DNA of 64,000 nt from Rothia sp. (in: high G+C Gram-positive bacteria) (GTDB lineage Bacteria; Actinomycetota; Actinomycetes; Actinomycetales; Micrococcaceae): the NCBI GenBank assembly GCA_030530765.1, contig JAUMUH010000001.1:2208-66207 (forward strand), read 5' to 3'. A program made the position numbers and the translations under genes. The notes under the pieces are model-generated. The model ran no database searches. It was not told where the DNA came from and was given only the letters and a program-made list of their open reading frames with translations. Below, piece after piece: positions 9,273 to 19,008 of the stretch (within the stretch, counting starts at the first letter, position 1; every line of letters begins with the position of its first letter).

Positions 9273-10181
9273 ATGACGATTCACCTCACAGAAGACCGTG
9301 ATCCCCGGCGCTATGAGCACCTCACCCGTACCCGTCTGGAAGACCCTCAAGCAGTGTTCCGTGCGGCGTCCTCACGTAAGCGCCACCCCGGTATTGTCTA
9401 TGGCAAACAAAACTTCATTGTTGCAGCTGACCACCCTGCCCGCGGTGCTAACAAGGTGCGCAATGAACCACTAGCGATGGCAGATCGCCGTGACCTTCTG
9501 GATCGCTTACAGATTGCCCTGGAAAACCCAGCGGTGGACGGTGTACTTGCGTCCCCCGACATCCTAGATGACCTGTTGCTTCTCGGTGCTCTCGATGGCA
9601 AGTTGGTTTTTGGCTCCATGAACCGTGGCGGCCTCTCTGGGCTAGTTAATGAAATGGATGATCGCTTTACCGGTCACACCGCTAAAGCGTTAGAAAAATT
9701 AGGGGCGGATGGCGGTAAGATGCTGACCCGTATCCATTACGGCGACCCCTCTACCGTAGCCACGCTAGAAGCCACCGCACAGGCTGTGGATTCATTGACT
9801 GAGCGTGGTATGTACGCCATGGTCGAACCCTTCATCTCAGAAACCGTGAACGGTGCCATTAAGAATGACCTTAGCGCTGATGCCGTCATTAAGTCAGTTG
9901 GTATCGCCAGCGCCCTGGGCGCATCTAGCGCCTACACGTGGATGAAACTGCCGGTAGTTGAAGAGATGGAGCGTGTGATGGCATCCACCACCCTTCCTAC
10001 CGTCTTATTGGGTGGGGACCCCACCGGCGCCCCCGACGAAATCTTTGCCACCTGGGAGGCAGCCCTCAAACTGCCCGGTGTGCAGGGTCTGACCGTTGGA
10101 AGGGCCTTGCTCTACCCCGAGGACGGCGATGTAGCGGCTGCCGTAACAACCGCAGCTTCCCTGTTGAACACCTCAGAATAA
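9273..10181 (+). CDS. Cgl0159-like TIM-barrel class I aldolase (probable IolJ substitute)
   Basis: AADHPARG, GSMNRGGL, GGKML, WMKLP, VGRALLYP; sits between iolC and iolD; start ATG 9273 after an AG-rich RBS. Confidence 0.8.
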   Translation: MTIHLTEDRDPRRYEHLTRTRLEDPQAVFRAASSRKRHPGIVYGKQNFIVAADHPARGANKVRNEPLAMADRRDLLDRLQIALENPAVDGVLASPDILDDLLLLGALDGKLVFGSMNRGGLSGLVNEMDDRFTGHTAKALEKLGADGGKMLTRIHYGDPSTVATLEATAQAVDSLTERGMYAMVEPFISETVNGAIKNDLSADAVIKSVGIASALGASSAYTWMKLPVVEEMERVMASTTLPTVLLGGDPTGAPDEIFATWEAALKLPGVQGLTVGRALLYPEDGDVAAAVTTAASLLNTSE

Positions 10182-10217
10182 CCCAAGTTTTAGATTTAAA
10201 ACCTGAGAGAGAAGATC

Positions 10218-12146
10218 ATGGCAACTCAGAAAATGTCAGTAGCCCAGGCAGTCGTAAAGTTCCTGGGTAACCAGTACACTGTTGATGAAATCGGCGGCGA
10301 AGCTTACCGCGAACGCACCATTCCCGGCATGTTCGGTATCTTCGGCCACGGTAATGTTGCCGGTGTCGGTCAGGCGCTGCGCCAGTACCAGGAGTTTGAA
10401 CCTGAGCTTATGCCCTACTATCAGGGGCGTAATGAGCAGGCTCAAGTGCACCAGGCTGTGGGTTATGCCCGCCATACCCGCCGTCGCGCTACCTACGCAG
10501 TGACCACCTCCATTGGCCCTGGTTCATCGAACATGGTGACCGGCGCAGCCCTAGCAACCACCAACCGTCTGCCCGCGTTGCTGTTGCCCTCTGACCAGTT
10601 TGCTACCCGCGTCGCTGACCCCGTGCTGCAGCAGCTAGAGCGTCCTGATGCCGGTGACATCACTGTCAATGATGTTTTCCGGCCGGTATCCCGTTATTTT
10701 GATCGCGTGTGGCGCCCTGAAATGGTCTTCGCCTCCCTGCTCAACGGTATGCGCGTGCTCACCGATCCGGTTGAAACCGGTGCTGTTACCATCGCTCTTC
10801 CGCAGGACGTCCAGGCTGAACTGATTGATGTTCCCGAAGAATTCCTGGCACCTCGCGAGTGGCGTATTCGCCGCCCCGATGCAGAAGACGCTGAAATTCG
10901 CGCAGCGGTTGAAGCAATCCGTGGTGCTAAGAAGCCGGTCATTATCGCCGGTGGCGGCGTTCACTACGCTTTTGCCACCGAAGAGCTGAGGAAGTTCGCA
11001 GAAGCAACCGGCATTCCCGTTGCCTACACACAGGCAGCTGTCGGTGTGATGGACTGGGACCACCCCCTGTGCCTGGGTGCTGTTGGCTCAACCGGCTCAA
11101 CCGCCTCTAACGCTCTTGTGTATGATGCTGACCTCATCATCGGTATCGGCACCCGCTACGAGGACTTCACCACCGCCTCCCGCACTGCCTTTCAGAACCC
11201 CGATGTTCGTTTCGTCAACATTAACGTTGCTTCTTTCGATGCTTACAAGCATGGCACCTCTCTGACTGTGGTGGCAGATGCTCGCAAGGCGCTGGTCAAG
11301 CTCAATGACGCGATGAGCGGTTTCAGTGTGAGCGCCGAGCAAGCAACTCAGATCGTAGAAGAAAAGAAGCGCTGGAACGCTATCGCAGATGCTGCTTTTG
11401 CTGAGCGTTACCGCCCCTTGATGAGCCAGAACGAAATTATTGGTGCGGTAAATGAGGCAATGGATGATCGGGATGTAGTTGTCTGTGCCGCTGGCTCTCT
11501 TCCTGGAGACCTACACAAGCTTTGGCGTGTCAAGGATGCCTTTGGCTACCATGTCGAGTATGCCTATTCCTGTATGGGGTATGAAATTCCTGGTGGTTTG
11601 GGGATCAAGCGAGCATCACTGGCGACCGGAGATGGGCGTGATGTTGTGGTTATGATGGGGGACGGCTCCTACTTGATGATGCACACTGAACTTGTCACCG
11701 CTGTTGCCGAGGGTATCAAGCTCATTACCGTACTGATTCAGAACCACGGATATGCCTCAATCGGCGCGCTCTCTGAATCACTGGGTTCCCAGCGTTTTGG
11801 TACTAAGTACCGTACGCATGATGCTGAAAGCCACAGCTTTGACCACGGTGAAAAACTACCCGTCGACCTTGCTGCAAATGCCGAATCCTTAGGTGTGCGG
11901 GTTATCCGCGTGCAGACCGGCGAGAATGCGCGTGAAGACCTCATTGCAGCGGTTGCCGAGGCGAAGGCTGCCCCCGAAGGCTCGGGCCCCATCGTGATTC
12001 ATGTGGAATCAGACCCCATGATTGACGCCCCCTCTTCAGAGTCTTGGTGGGACGTACCCGTTACCGGAGCCTCACGTCTTGAGTCAACACAGAAAGCCTA
12101 CGAAACCTATACCGAGCAGAAGGCTACGCAGCGTAATTTCTTCTAG
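10218..12146 (+). CDS. iolD: 3D-(3,5/4)-trihydroxycyclohexane-1,2-dione acylhydrolase (TPP-dependent)
   Basis: GIFGHGNVAG, GRNEQ, SIGPG, AAGSLPGDLHKLW, EYAYSCMGYE, GDGSYLM. Confidence 0.95.
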   Translation: MATQKMSVAQAVVKFLGNQYTVDEIGGEAYRERTIPGMFGIFGHGNVAGVGQALRQYQEFEPELMPYYQGRNEQAQVHQAVGYARHTRRRATYAVTTSIGPGSSNMVTGAALATTNRLPALLLPSDQFATRVADPVLQQLERPDAGDITVNDVFRPVSRYFDRVWRPEMVFASLLNGMRVLTDPVETGAVTIALPQDVQAELIDVPEEFLAPREWRIRRPDAEDAEIRAAVEAIRGAKKPVIIAGGGVHYAFATEELRKFAEATGIPVAYTQAAVGVMDWDHPLCLGAVGSTGSTASNALVYDADLIIGIGTRYEDFTTASRTAFQNPDVRFVNINVASFDAYKHGTSLTVVADARKALVKLNDAMSGFSVSAEQATQIVEEKKRWNAIADAAFAERYRPLMSQNEIIGAVNEAMDDRDVVVCAAGSLPGDLHKLWRVKDAFGYHVEYAYSCMGYEIPGGLGIKRASLATGDGRDVVVMMGDGSYLMMHTELVTAVAEGIKLITVLIQNHGYASIGALSESLGSQRFGTKYRTHDAESHSFDHGEKLPVDLAANAESLGVRVIRVQTGENAREDLIAAVAEAKAAPEGSGPIVIHVESDPMIDAPSSESWWDVPVTGASRLESTQKAYETYTEQKATQRNFF

Positions 12147-12200
12147 CTCTGGTAAGTCGCACCGCTACAGCTAACAGAACCTCTCACAAAGGAGAACCTT

Positions 12201-13706
12201 ATGACCTACGAAGTTAAGCACTACATCAACTGCGCAGAAGTAGCCAGCGCAGGCTCAGAGCGCCAGGACATTCTTAATCCTGCCACTGGTGAGACTATCG
12301 GTATTCTACACCTGGGCGGTACTGCCGAACTTGAAGCTGCTGTGGCTGCGGCAAAGAGTGCATCTGTTGCTTGGAGTGAACTTTCCCTGGCGAAGCGAAC
12401 CGCTATTCTCTTCAAGTTTCGTGAACTGTTGGTTGCTAACACCAATGAGCTGGCGGAGCTAGTTGTACGCGAGCATGGTAAGGTGCTCTCGGATGCCAAG
12501 GGTGAAATCGCTCGCGGTCAGGAAATCGTAGAGTACGCCTGCGGTATCACCAGCCATATCTCTGGCGTTTATACCCCTCAGGCGGCAACTGGAATTGATG
12601 CTTTCTCTATCCGCCAGCCCCTGGGGGTAGTTGCAGGTATCACGCCCTTCAACTTCCCCGTGATGATTCAGCTGTGGATGGCACCTATCGCTATCGCTTC
12701 GGGTAACACTTTCATTCTCAAGCCCTCAGAGCGTGACCCCGGTGCAGCAAACTTTATTGCTAAGCTCTGGGAGGAAGCAGGCCTGCCCGCCGGCGTCTTC
12801 AACGTACTGCACGGCGGCAAGGAAATGGTAGACGGGCTACTGAATCATAAGGGTGTAGACGGTATCTCTTTCGTCGGGTCAACCCCCATCGCGAAGTACG
12901 TGCATGCTACCGCAACTGCTAACGGCAAGCGCGTGCAGGCTTTAGGCGGTGCAAAGAATCATGCCCTGATTATGCCCGATGCCAACATGGATGTTGTGAC
13001 CGACCACCTCACCGCCGCTGCTTTCGGTGCTGCGGGTCAGCGGTGCATGGCTATCTCTGTTGCTGTTGCCGTGGGTGATGCTGCTGATACCGTAGTAGAG
13101 CGTGTTGCCGCTAAGGCCCGTGAGGTAAAGGTGTCAAACGGTATGGATGCTGGGGCAGATATGGGGCCGCTGATTACCGCAGCTTCCCAGGAACGCGTCA
13201 AGCGCATTATCACCGAGGCTGAGACCGATGGTGCTGCCATCGTGGTGGACGGACGTGACTTGGTAGTAGCTGACCATGAAAACGGCTTCTTTGTTGGGCC
13301 CACCCTCATCGACCACGTGAAGCGTGAGATGAGCGCTTATGCCGAGGAGATTTTCGGTCCCGTTCTAGTGGTTGTGCGCGTCGATTCACTGGAAGAGGGA
13401 ATCGAGGTTATTAACTCCAACCCCTTTGGCAACGGTACTTGTATCTTCACTGATTCCGGTTACGCAGCCCGCAAGTTCACCCGCGACATCAAGGTGGGCA
13501 TGGTTGGTGTCAATGTTCCCCTGCCGGTTCCTCTGGCTAACCACTCCTTTGGTGGTTGGAATGACTCTCTCTTTGGGGAGCACCATATCTACGGCGAGGA
13601 TGGCTTGCGTTTCTACACCCGTAACAAAGCTGTTACCCAACGCTTCCCTGAGCGTAAAGACGCCTCTGGCGCCTCCTTCAACTTTGAGTCACGCGGTAAT
13701 AACTAG
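12201..13706 (+). CDS. iolA: CoA-acylating (methyl)malonate-semialdehyde dehydrogenase
   Basis: ITPFNFP, LKPSERDP, FVGSTPIA, GGAKNH, AAFGAAGQRCMA, EEIFGPV. Confidence 0.93.
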   Translation: MTYEVKHYINCAEVASAGSERQDILNPATGETIGILHLGGTAELEAAVAAAKSASVAWSELSLAKRTAILFKFRELLVANTNELAELVVREHGKVLSDAKGEIARGQEIVEYACGITSHISGVYTPQAATGIDAFSIRQPLGVVAGITPFNFPVMIQLWMAPIAIASGNTFILKPSERDPGAANFIAKLWEEAGLPAGVFNVLHGGKEMVDGLLNHKGVDGISFVGSTPIAKYVHATATANGKRVQALGGAKNHALIMPDANMDVVTDHLTAAAFGAAGQRCMAISVAVAVGDAADTVVERVAAKAREVKVSNGMDAGADMGPLITAASQERVKRIITEAETDGAAIVVDGRDLVVADHENGFFVGPTLIDHVKREMSAYAEEIFGPVLVVVRVDSLEEGIEVINSNPFGNGTCIFTDSGYAARKFTRDIKVGMVGVNVPLPVPLANHSFGGWNDSLFGEHHIYGEDGLRFYTRNKAVTQRFPERKDASGASFNFESRGNN

Positions 13707-13748
13707 CCGATAACTGACTGGGCGGATGGCTTCGTCCTCTCTATGTAT

Positions 13749-13784
13749 ATGCCGCTGCGTACTATTGGTGCGCAGCGGTATTTT
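13749..13784 (+). terminator. Rho-independent terminator after iolA
   Basis: atgccgctgcgtac...gtgcgcagcggtat followed by a T run. Confidence 0.75.
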
Positions 13785-13860
13785 GTTGTGGGATACGGCA
13801 AAATTTTTCTGTAGTAGACAGGTTGAAAAAGAGTGCCCCTAACCACCTAATTTGATAGTA

Positions 13861-13870
13861 TGTCAGTACA
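13861..13870. promoter_or_regulatory. IolR-like operator upstream of iolE
   Basis: TGTCAGTACA, identical to 8181-8190. Confidence 0.65.
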
Positions 13871-13947
13871 TATTTGGTTGAGTGTTTGAAGGCAAACACC
13901 TGACCGACCGGCAACACATTCCAACGATGAAAATGTGGAGAAGACCA

Positions 13948-14862
13948 ATGACCGACAACAAACTTATTATCGGTACTGCTCCTGACTCATGGGGCGTCTG
14001 GTTCCCCGAGGACGATGCGCAGACTCCCTGGCAACGTTTCCTCGACGAGGTAGCAGAGGCGGGCTATAAGTGGATTGAACTCGGGTCTTACGGCTACCTG
14101 CCTTCCGACCCCGAGACTCTTGCCAAAGAGCTTAAGGATCGAGACTTGAAGGTCTCGGCAGGAACCGTCTTCACTGCCTTTCACCGCGGCCTTGACCAGT
14201 GGGATATCGCTTGGGAGCCTGCCCGCAAGGTTGCCGAACTCACTGCAGCTATGGGTGCTGAGCACATTGTGGTGATTCCCGCCCTCTGGCGTGATGATAA
14301 GACCGGTAAGGAACTGGAACCTTCAACCCTCACCGATAAGCAGTGGGGAGACCTTGCTGCCGGCCATAACCGTCTAGGTGAGACCCTGCAGAAAGAATAC
14401 GGGCTCTACCAGCAGTTCCATTCCCATGCTGACTCTCACGTCGAAACCATGGAAGAAATTGAGAAGTTTCTAGCGGTAACTGACCCCAAGCTAGTCACTC
14501 TCTGCCTTGATACCGGCCACGCAGAATATGGTGGCGCTTCATCCGTTGAATTGATTGAGAAATACCCAGAGCGTATCGGTTATCTTCACCTCAAACAGGT
14601 CGACCCCAAGATTGGTGCGCAAGTGCGAGCTGAAGAGATGTCCTTTTCTAAGGCAGTTCGCCTGGGTGTTATGTGTGAGCCTCCCTATGGTCTGCCTGAC
14701 CTGTCCAAGGTTATCGAAGCTGCCGAAGCTCTGGGTCGCCCCCTCTTTGGCATTGTTGAGCAGGACATGTATCCTGTCGATTCCTTTGATACCCCCCTGG
14801 CTATTGCTCAGCGCACCAAAGAATACCTGCTCGGCTGTGGCTCCCGCACTTTTATTTCCTAA
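13948..14862 (+). CDS. iolE: Myo-inosose-2 dehydratase-like TIM barrel (IolE/MocC family)
   Basis: GTAPDSWGVWF, IELGSYGYLP, FHSHADSHVE, LCLDTGH, YLHLKQ, IVEQD; GGAG RBS before ATG 13948. Confidence 0.8.
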   Translation: MTDNKLIIGTAPDSWGVWFPEDDAQTPWQRFLDEVAEAGYKWIELGSYGYLPSDPETLAKELKDRDLKVSAGTVFTAFHRGLDQWDIAWEPARKVAELTAAMGAEHIVVIPALWRDDKTGKELEPSTLTDKQWGDLAAGHNRLGETLQKEYGLYQQFHSHADSHVETMEEIEKFLAVTDPKLVTLCLDTGHAEYGGASSVELIEKYPERIGYLHLKQVDPKIGAQVRAEEMSFSKAVRLGVMCEPPYGLPDLSKVIEAAEALGRPLFGIVEQDMYPVDSFDTPLAIAQRTKEYLLGCGSRTFIS

Positions 14863-14875
14863 ATTCTTTTTCACT

Positions 14876-14932
14876 AAGGACGGCGAGACCTGCTTTGCTG
14901 CTCTGTTGCAGTAAGGCGGGCACGGCGTCCTT
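14876..14932. repeat. Intergenic hairpin closed by an inverted pair of the dispersed motif
   Basis: aaggacggcg...gctttgctgc-tctgtt-gcagtaaggc...cggcgtcctt between iolE and iolG. Confidence 0.7.
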
Positions 14933-14957
14933 ACCTCTATCTAAGGAGAATCATCTT

Positions 14958-15932
14958 ATGGCTAACGAACTGCGTATCGGCATTGTTGGCGCTGGCCGAA
15001 TGGGGTACGACCACATCAAACGTATCCACTCAACTATCGACAATGCCGTTGTTGCCGCTGTTGTTGATATCGATGAAGCTAAAGCACGGCAAGCCGTTGA
15101 AGGTATCGAAAATGCTCAGTTTTTCACCAACTTTGAAACCGCCCTTGAAGCCGATGCCTTTGATGCTGTTCTCATTGCTACCCCCGGCTTTCTGCATACC
15201 CCCGTGCTGCTGCCTGCTATCAAGAAGGGTCTTCCCATCCTCTGTGAGAAGCCGCTGACTACCGACTCTGTATCCTCATGGGAAATTGTTCAGGCTGAGG
15301 TTGAAGCAAGCAAACGCCTGGTTCAGGTGGGCTTCATGCGCCGTTTTGACGCAGGCTACAAGAAGATTCGCTCACTGGTTGAATCCGGTGAATACGGTGA
15401 GTTGCTCCAGCTTTCTTGTGAGCATATCAACCCCGATGTACCTGCTTCCTACACCGGGCGCAATCTCATCGATGACACTGTGGTCCATGAATTTGATGGT
15501 ATTCGCTTCCTTACTGGCGAAGAAATCAAGAATGTGCAGGTGCGCGCAGGGAAGAAGAGTAAGTATGCCTCGGCTGATCTGAATGACCCTGCCCAGGTGC
15601 TTATCGAAACCGAAAACGGTGTTCTGGTTACCGTTAATACCCATGTAGTAGCCCAGTATGGTTATGCGGTAACTACCAAAGGTATCTTTGAAGAGCAGCA
15701 CGTCTCGGTCGGTGAAGACCAAATATCTGAGAGCTTTGAGCCTCGATTCGTAGATGCCTATGATGCTGAGGTACAGGCGTGGGTCGATGCCGTTCTATCC
15801 GGCGCCCTTACTGGCCCTTCAGCCTGGGATGGATACGCAGCTGCTGTCTGCTGTGAAGCTGGTATCGAAGCTGAAGCTTCAGGGAAAATTGTAGAAGTTA
15901 TCTTGAAGGAGAAGCCAGACCTTTATAAATAG
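14958..15932 (+). CDS. iolG: Inositol 2-dehydrogenase (Gfo/Idh/MocA)
   Basis: IGIVGAGRMG, CEKP, QVGFMRRFD, DTVVHEFD, GPSAWDGYAA; AAGGAG RBS. Confidence 0.88.
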   Translation: MANELRIGIVGAGRMGYDHIKRIHSTIDNAVVAAVVDIDEAKARQAVEGIENAQFFTNFETALEADAFDAVLIATPGFLHTPVLLPAIKKGLPILCEKPLTTDSVSSWEIVQAEVEASKRLVQVGFMRRFDAGYKKIRSLVESGEYGELLQLSCEHINPDVPASYTGRNLIDDTVVHEFDGIRFLTGEEIKNVQVRAGKKSKYASADLNDPAQVLIETENGVLVTVNTHVVAQYGYAVTTKGIFEEQHVSVGEDQISESFEPRFVDAYDAEVQAWVDAVLSGALTGPSAWDGYAAAVCCEAGIEAEASGKIVEVILKEKPDLYK

Positions 15933-16161
15933 GTGTTAGTGGGTTACCGGGTTCCGTAAATCTCCACTCAGGCAACCCACTAATTTTCTTCCTCTTACAG
16001 GGGTGTATAACCGTCGCGCAGCAGTACGCGGCGGTTACTTTTATGGCGGCATCTCCGTGAAATGGCAAATCGAAGGTGATTTTACGGAAATCGGTCTCTG
16101 TGCAGATGGATAAAGGCGCAGAAAAGATAAACCCCTAGAGGGCTAACCTTTGGATAGACCG

Positions 16162-16191
16162 AAACCGCCCCACACAATGTGAGGGGCGGTT
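16162..16191. terminator. Terminator hairpin between convergent iolG and iolT (further hairpins at ~15936-15983 and ~16008-16037)
   Basis: aaaccgccccacac-aat-gtgaggggcggtt. Confidence 0.7.
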
Positions 16192-16225
16192 CTTTCTAGC
16201 GGAACAAGGTTTCTAATAAAAGTAT

Positions 16226-17677
16226 CTAGTGTTTCTTGGGTTCTACAATGTAGATAGCTCCGGTGGTAACACCCACTTCAACCTCTTCTAGGCTCTTGCC
16301 ACGAGTCTCTGGTAGGAACTTGACCATAATCAGAACTGCAATAGCGTTGATAACGGCGAAGCCGAAGAACGTGTTGTTCAGCCCAACTGCCTCAAGAGCG
16401 ATCGGGAAGAAGTAGGCGACGAAAGCGTTGGCAGTCCATAGGCAGAGAACCGAGAAGCCCATACCGAAGGCACGAATCTGTTGGGGGAAGATTTCTGAGA
16501 GGAGTACCCAGGTGGCCACATTCAGGAAGGTCTGCATAGAACCCACGAAGCCAACGATGAGGAAGAGTAGAACCCAGGGACGGATTGTGGCGTTCTCTGG
16601 TAGCCAGAAGGCCGAAGTGCCAATGAACAGATGCAAAAGGGTGACTAAGGAGTAGCCAGTAATAACGGTGGTGCGGCGGTCGATTCGTTCCATCATCCAC
16701 AGCGCGATGAAAGCGCCGATAACAGCGATAACACCCGGGGCGATGTTAGCAATGAGAGCTGCGTTATGGGAGAAGCCTGCTTCCTGCAGCACGATGGTGC
16801 CGTAGTACATGATGGAGTTGATACCGGTGAACTGCTGGAAGACAGCCAGGGCTACACCAACACCGATAATGCGTAGAATCCACTTGTCCTTGAGCATGGA
16901 GCTGACCTTGGGGGTCACCGAGCGTCCCTCTTTTTCAAGAGTACGTTCGATATCGCGTACTTCAGCTTCGGCACGCTCAGGGGAGCGGACGGCCCTTAGG
17001 ACGGACAGAGCCTCTTCCTTGCGGCCCTTAGAGAGTAGCCAGCGAGGAGATTCTGGCATGCGGAGCATACCGAGAAAAAGGAAGATAGCGGGCACGGCAC
17101 AGATAGCGAGCATGTAACGCCAAACATTCTCATGGTGACCCAGGGTAGTACCAAGAAATGCGTTAACCACGAAGGCAGCCAGCTGACCAACAACAATCAT
17201 CATTTCGTTGCGACCAGAGAGGGAACCTCGAATCTCATAGGGTGCCATTTCTGCTAGGAATACAGGGACAACGGTGGAGGCGCCACCGACACCCAAACCT
17301 AGCAGGACGCGGCCAACCAAGAGGGAATCGAGACCGGGAGCAAGTGCACAGAGCACCGCACCAGCAAAGAAGATAGCTGCCAGGATGAGGATAGTCTTTT
17401 TGCGACCGATAGTATCTGACAGGTAGCCGATGGTGAGTGCACCAATAGCTGCGCCTGCTAGCAGGGTTGAGGTGACTAGACCGATTTCACTGGTTGCAAG
17501 ACTCAGTTGCTGGGTCATAGGTTCGATAGCACCGTTGATAACGCCGGTATCGTAACCAAACAGTAGGCCGCCGAGAGTTGCGACGAGGGCTACCTGGCCC
17601 AGACGCTTGGAATGGGGGCCTTTGGTGAGTGGCGGCAGGTTAGCTTCGGATACAGTAGGGGTATGAGAAGACATCAT
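16226..17677 (-). CDS. iolT: Myo-inositol transporter, sugar porter family
   Basis: LPPLTKGPH N-terminus recalled from actinobacterial IolT, GGLLFGYDTGVINGA, PESPRWL, QQFTGINSIMYY, PETRGKSLEE. Confidence 0.85.
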   Translation of the reverse strand: MMSSHTPTVSEANLPPLTKGPHSKRLGQVALVATLGGLLFGYDTGVINGAIEPMTQQLSLATSEIGLVTSTLLAGAAIGALTIGYLSDTIGRKKTILILAAIFFAGAVLCALAPGLDSLLVGRVLLGLGVGGASTVVPVFLAEMAPYEIRGSLSGRNEMMIVVGQLAAFVVNAFLGTTLGHHENVWRYMLAICAVPAIFLFLGMLRMPESPRWLLSKGRKEEALSVLRAVRSPERAEAEVRDIERTLEKEGRSVTPKVSSMLKDKWILRIIGVGVALAVFQQFTGINSIMYYGTIVLQEAGFSHNAALIANIAPGVIAVIGAFIALWMMERIDRRTTVITGYSLVTLLHLFIGTSAFWLPENATIRPWVLLFLIVGFVGSMQTFLNVATWVLLSEIFPQQIRAFGMGFSVLCLWTANAFVAYFFPIALEAVGLNNTFFGFAVINAIAVLIMVKFLPETRGKSLEEVEVGVTTGAIYIVEPKKH

Positions 17678-17704
17678 TGCCTCTTTCTCTGTAATAAAGG
17701 CAGC

Positions 17705-18586
17705 TTAGTTGCTGCTCTGTGCGCGTTCTACCATTTCGCGCATGGTCTTTGACTGGTACTTGGAAACTTCTGTGGCATTTTCGTTCTCTGCAAAAACAGA
17801 GGACGCCATGATGGTATTGGGGTCATCGAGAAATCCGATTTCCTTAAGGCCACCAAAAAATTCGCTCCAGTTGACCTCGCCGTCACCAATCTTGAGGTGT
17901 TGGTGGACGCGGACAGGGTTACCGGGAGGGTTAGTGATGTAGCGCAGGCCGTGGGAGGCGTGATGGTTCATAGTGTCTGAAACGTGGACGATGCGGATGC
18001 GGTCCCCTGCTTCACGCATGATGTCGAGTGGATTTTCCTGCATGTGAAAGGTGTGGGAGGCAACATAGACCATACCCAGGTTCTTGGAGTTCAAGCCTCG
18101 GATGACTCGCCAGGCTTCAAGACCGTTTTCTACGAAGTCATCGGGGTGAGGGTCAATGGCAACGTGAATACCTTCGCGTTCGATGATAGGCAGGAGCTCT
18201 TCCATGGACTTGTAGAAAGCATCCTCAGACTTTTCTGCCTGCTCGGGGCGGCCTGAAAATTCAGTTCCGATCTGGTTTACGCCAAGGTCAACGGCAATTT
18301 GGAGGACTCGTTTCCATTTGCGGACGGCTGCTGCACGGGCTTCTTCTTCCGGCCAGGACCAGCGGAGCACAGGTAGGAGTGAAGCAATTTCTACTTCAGC
18401 ATCTTTAGCGGCTTTGGCAAGTTTCTGGACGAGGTCGTCATCTGCTTTAGGGTGACTGAAGAAGGGGAGAAAGTCCTTATGGGGAGTCATTTGTAAATAA
18501 TCAAACCCCATATCCTTGGCGACTTTGGGGAATTCTAGGAGGGAGTGGGTGTGATGGAATGGGGTTGGGTCAAGTGCAATCTTCAT
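17705..18586 (-). CDS. iolH: IolH-like sugar phosphate isomerase/epimerase
   Basis: MKIALDP, TEFSGRP, DPHPDDFVE, RYITNPPG, HQHLKIGDGEVNW, SSVFA. Confidence 0.85.
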   Translation of the reverse strand: MKIALDPTPFHHTHSLLEFPKVAKDMGFDYLQMTPHKDFLPFFSHPKADDDLVQKLAKAAKDAEVEIASLLPVLRWSWPEEEARAAAVRKWKRVLQIAVDLGVNQIGTEFSGRPEQAEKSEDAFYKSMEELLPIIEREGIHVAIDPHPDDFVENGLEAWRVIRGLNSKNLGMVYVASHTFHMQENPLDIMREAGDRIRIVHVSDTMNHHASHGLRYITNPPGNPVRVHQHLKIGDGEVNWSEFFGGLKEIGFLDDPNTIMASSVFAENENATEVSKYQSKTMREMVERAQSSN

Positions 18587-18677
18587 TAAAGCTCCTTGGC
18601 GGTAGCGGGTCAGGTGACTGTTAGGTTATCTACCGATGCAGCCTGCATTGTGCCTGTGTCATAACACACTATACGCA

Positions 18678-18695
18678 TGTCCTGACATATTGACA
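18678..18695. promoter_or_regulatory. IolR-like operator in the divergent iolH / oxidoreductase promoter region
   Basis: TGTCCTGACA-tat-TGACA; fits the KGWCHTRACA IolR motif as I recall it from Corynebacterium glutamicum. Confidence 0.7.
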
Positions 18696-19008
18696 ATATT
18701 ACTATGGTGCGGGTCTCTTTATTTTTATTTCCCCTTATGGTGCGAGTGAAATTGAATAAAAGGCCAGTGAATAGCTACTACATCGTGCTGTTCTTGCCCT
18801 CTATGGCGGCGGTCATCTGTGAAGGTAGCAGTAGGTGCAGGCTGCCTTGATGCACTCAGGCCGTAAACTGTCTTCCCTTGAGCGACTTGGGCTGGAATAT
18901 TTCAAAGATGTAGCGGTGAGGGTATAGTTCTGAATAGTGTGTCTCTTCTGTTGTGGCTCTGCGTGCTATCTGTGTCTCCTAAAACAGCACTTTTACAAGG
19001 AAGAACTC

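Noticed and set aside
18770-18930. Possible degraded LacI-type fragment (LERLGLEYFKDVAV)
   Set aside because: Several stops and only faint similarity; not supportable without BLASTX.
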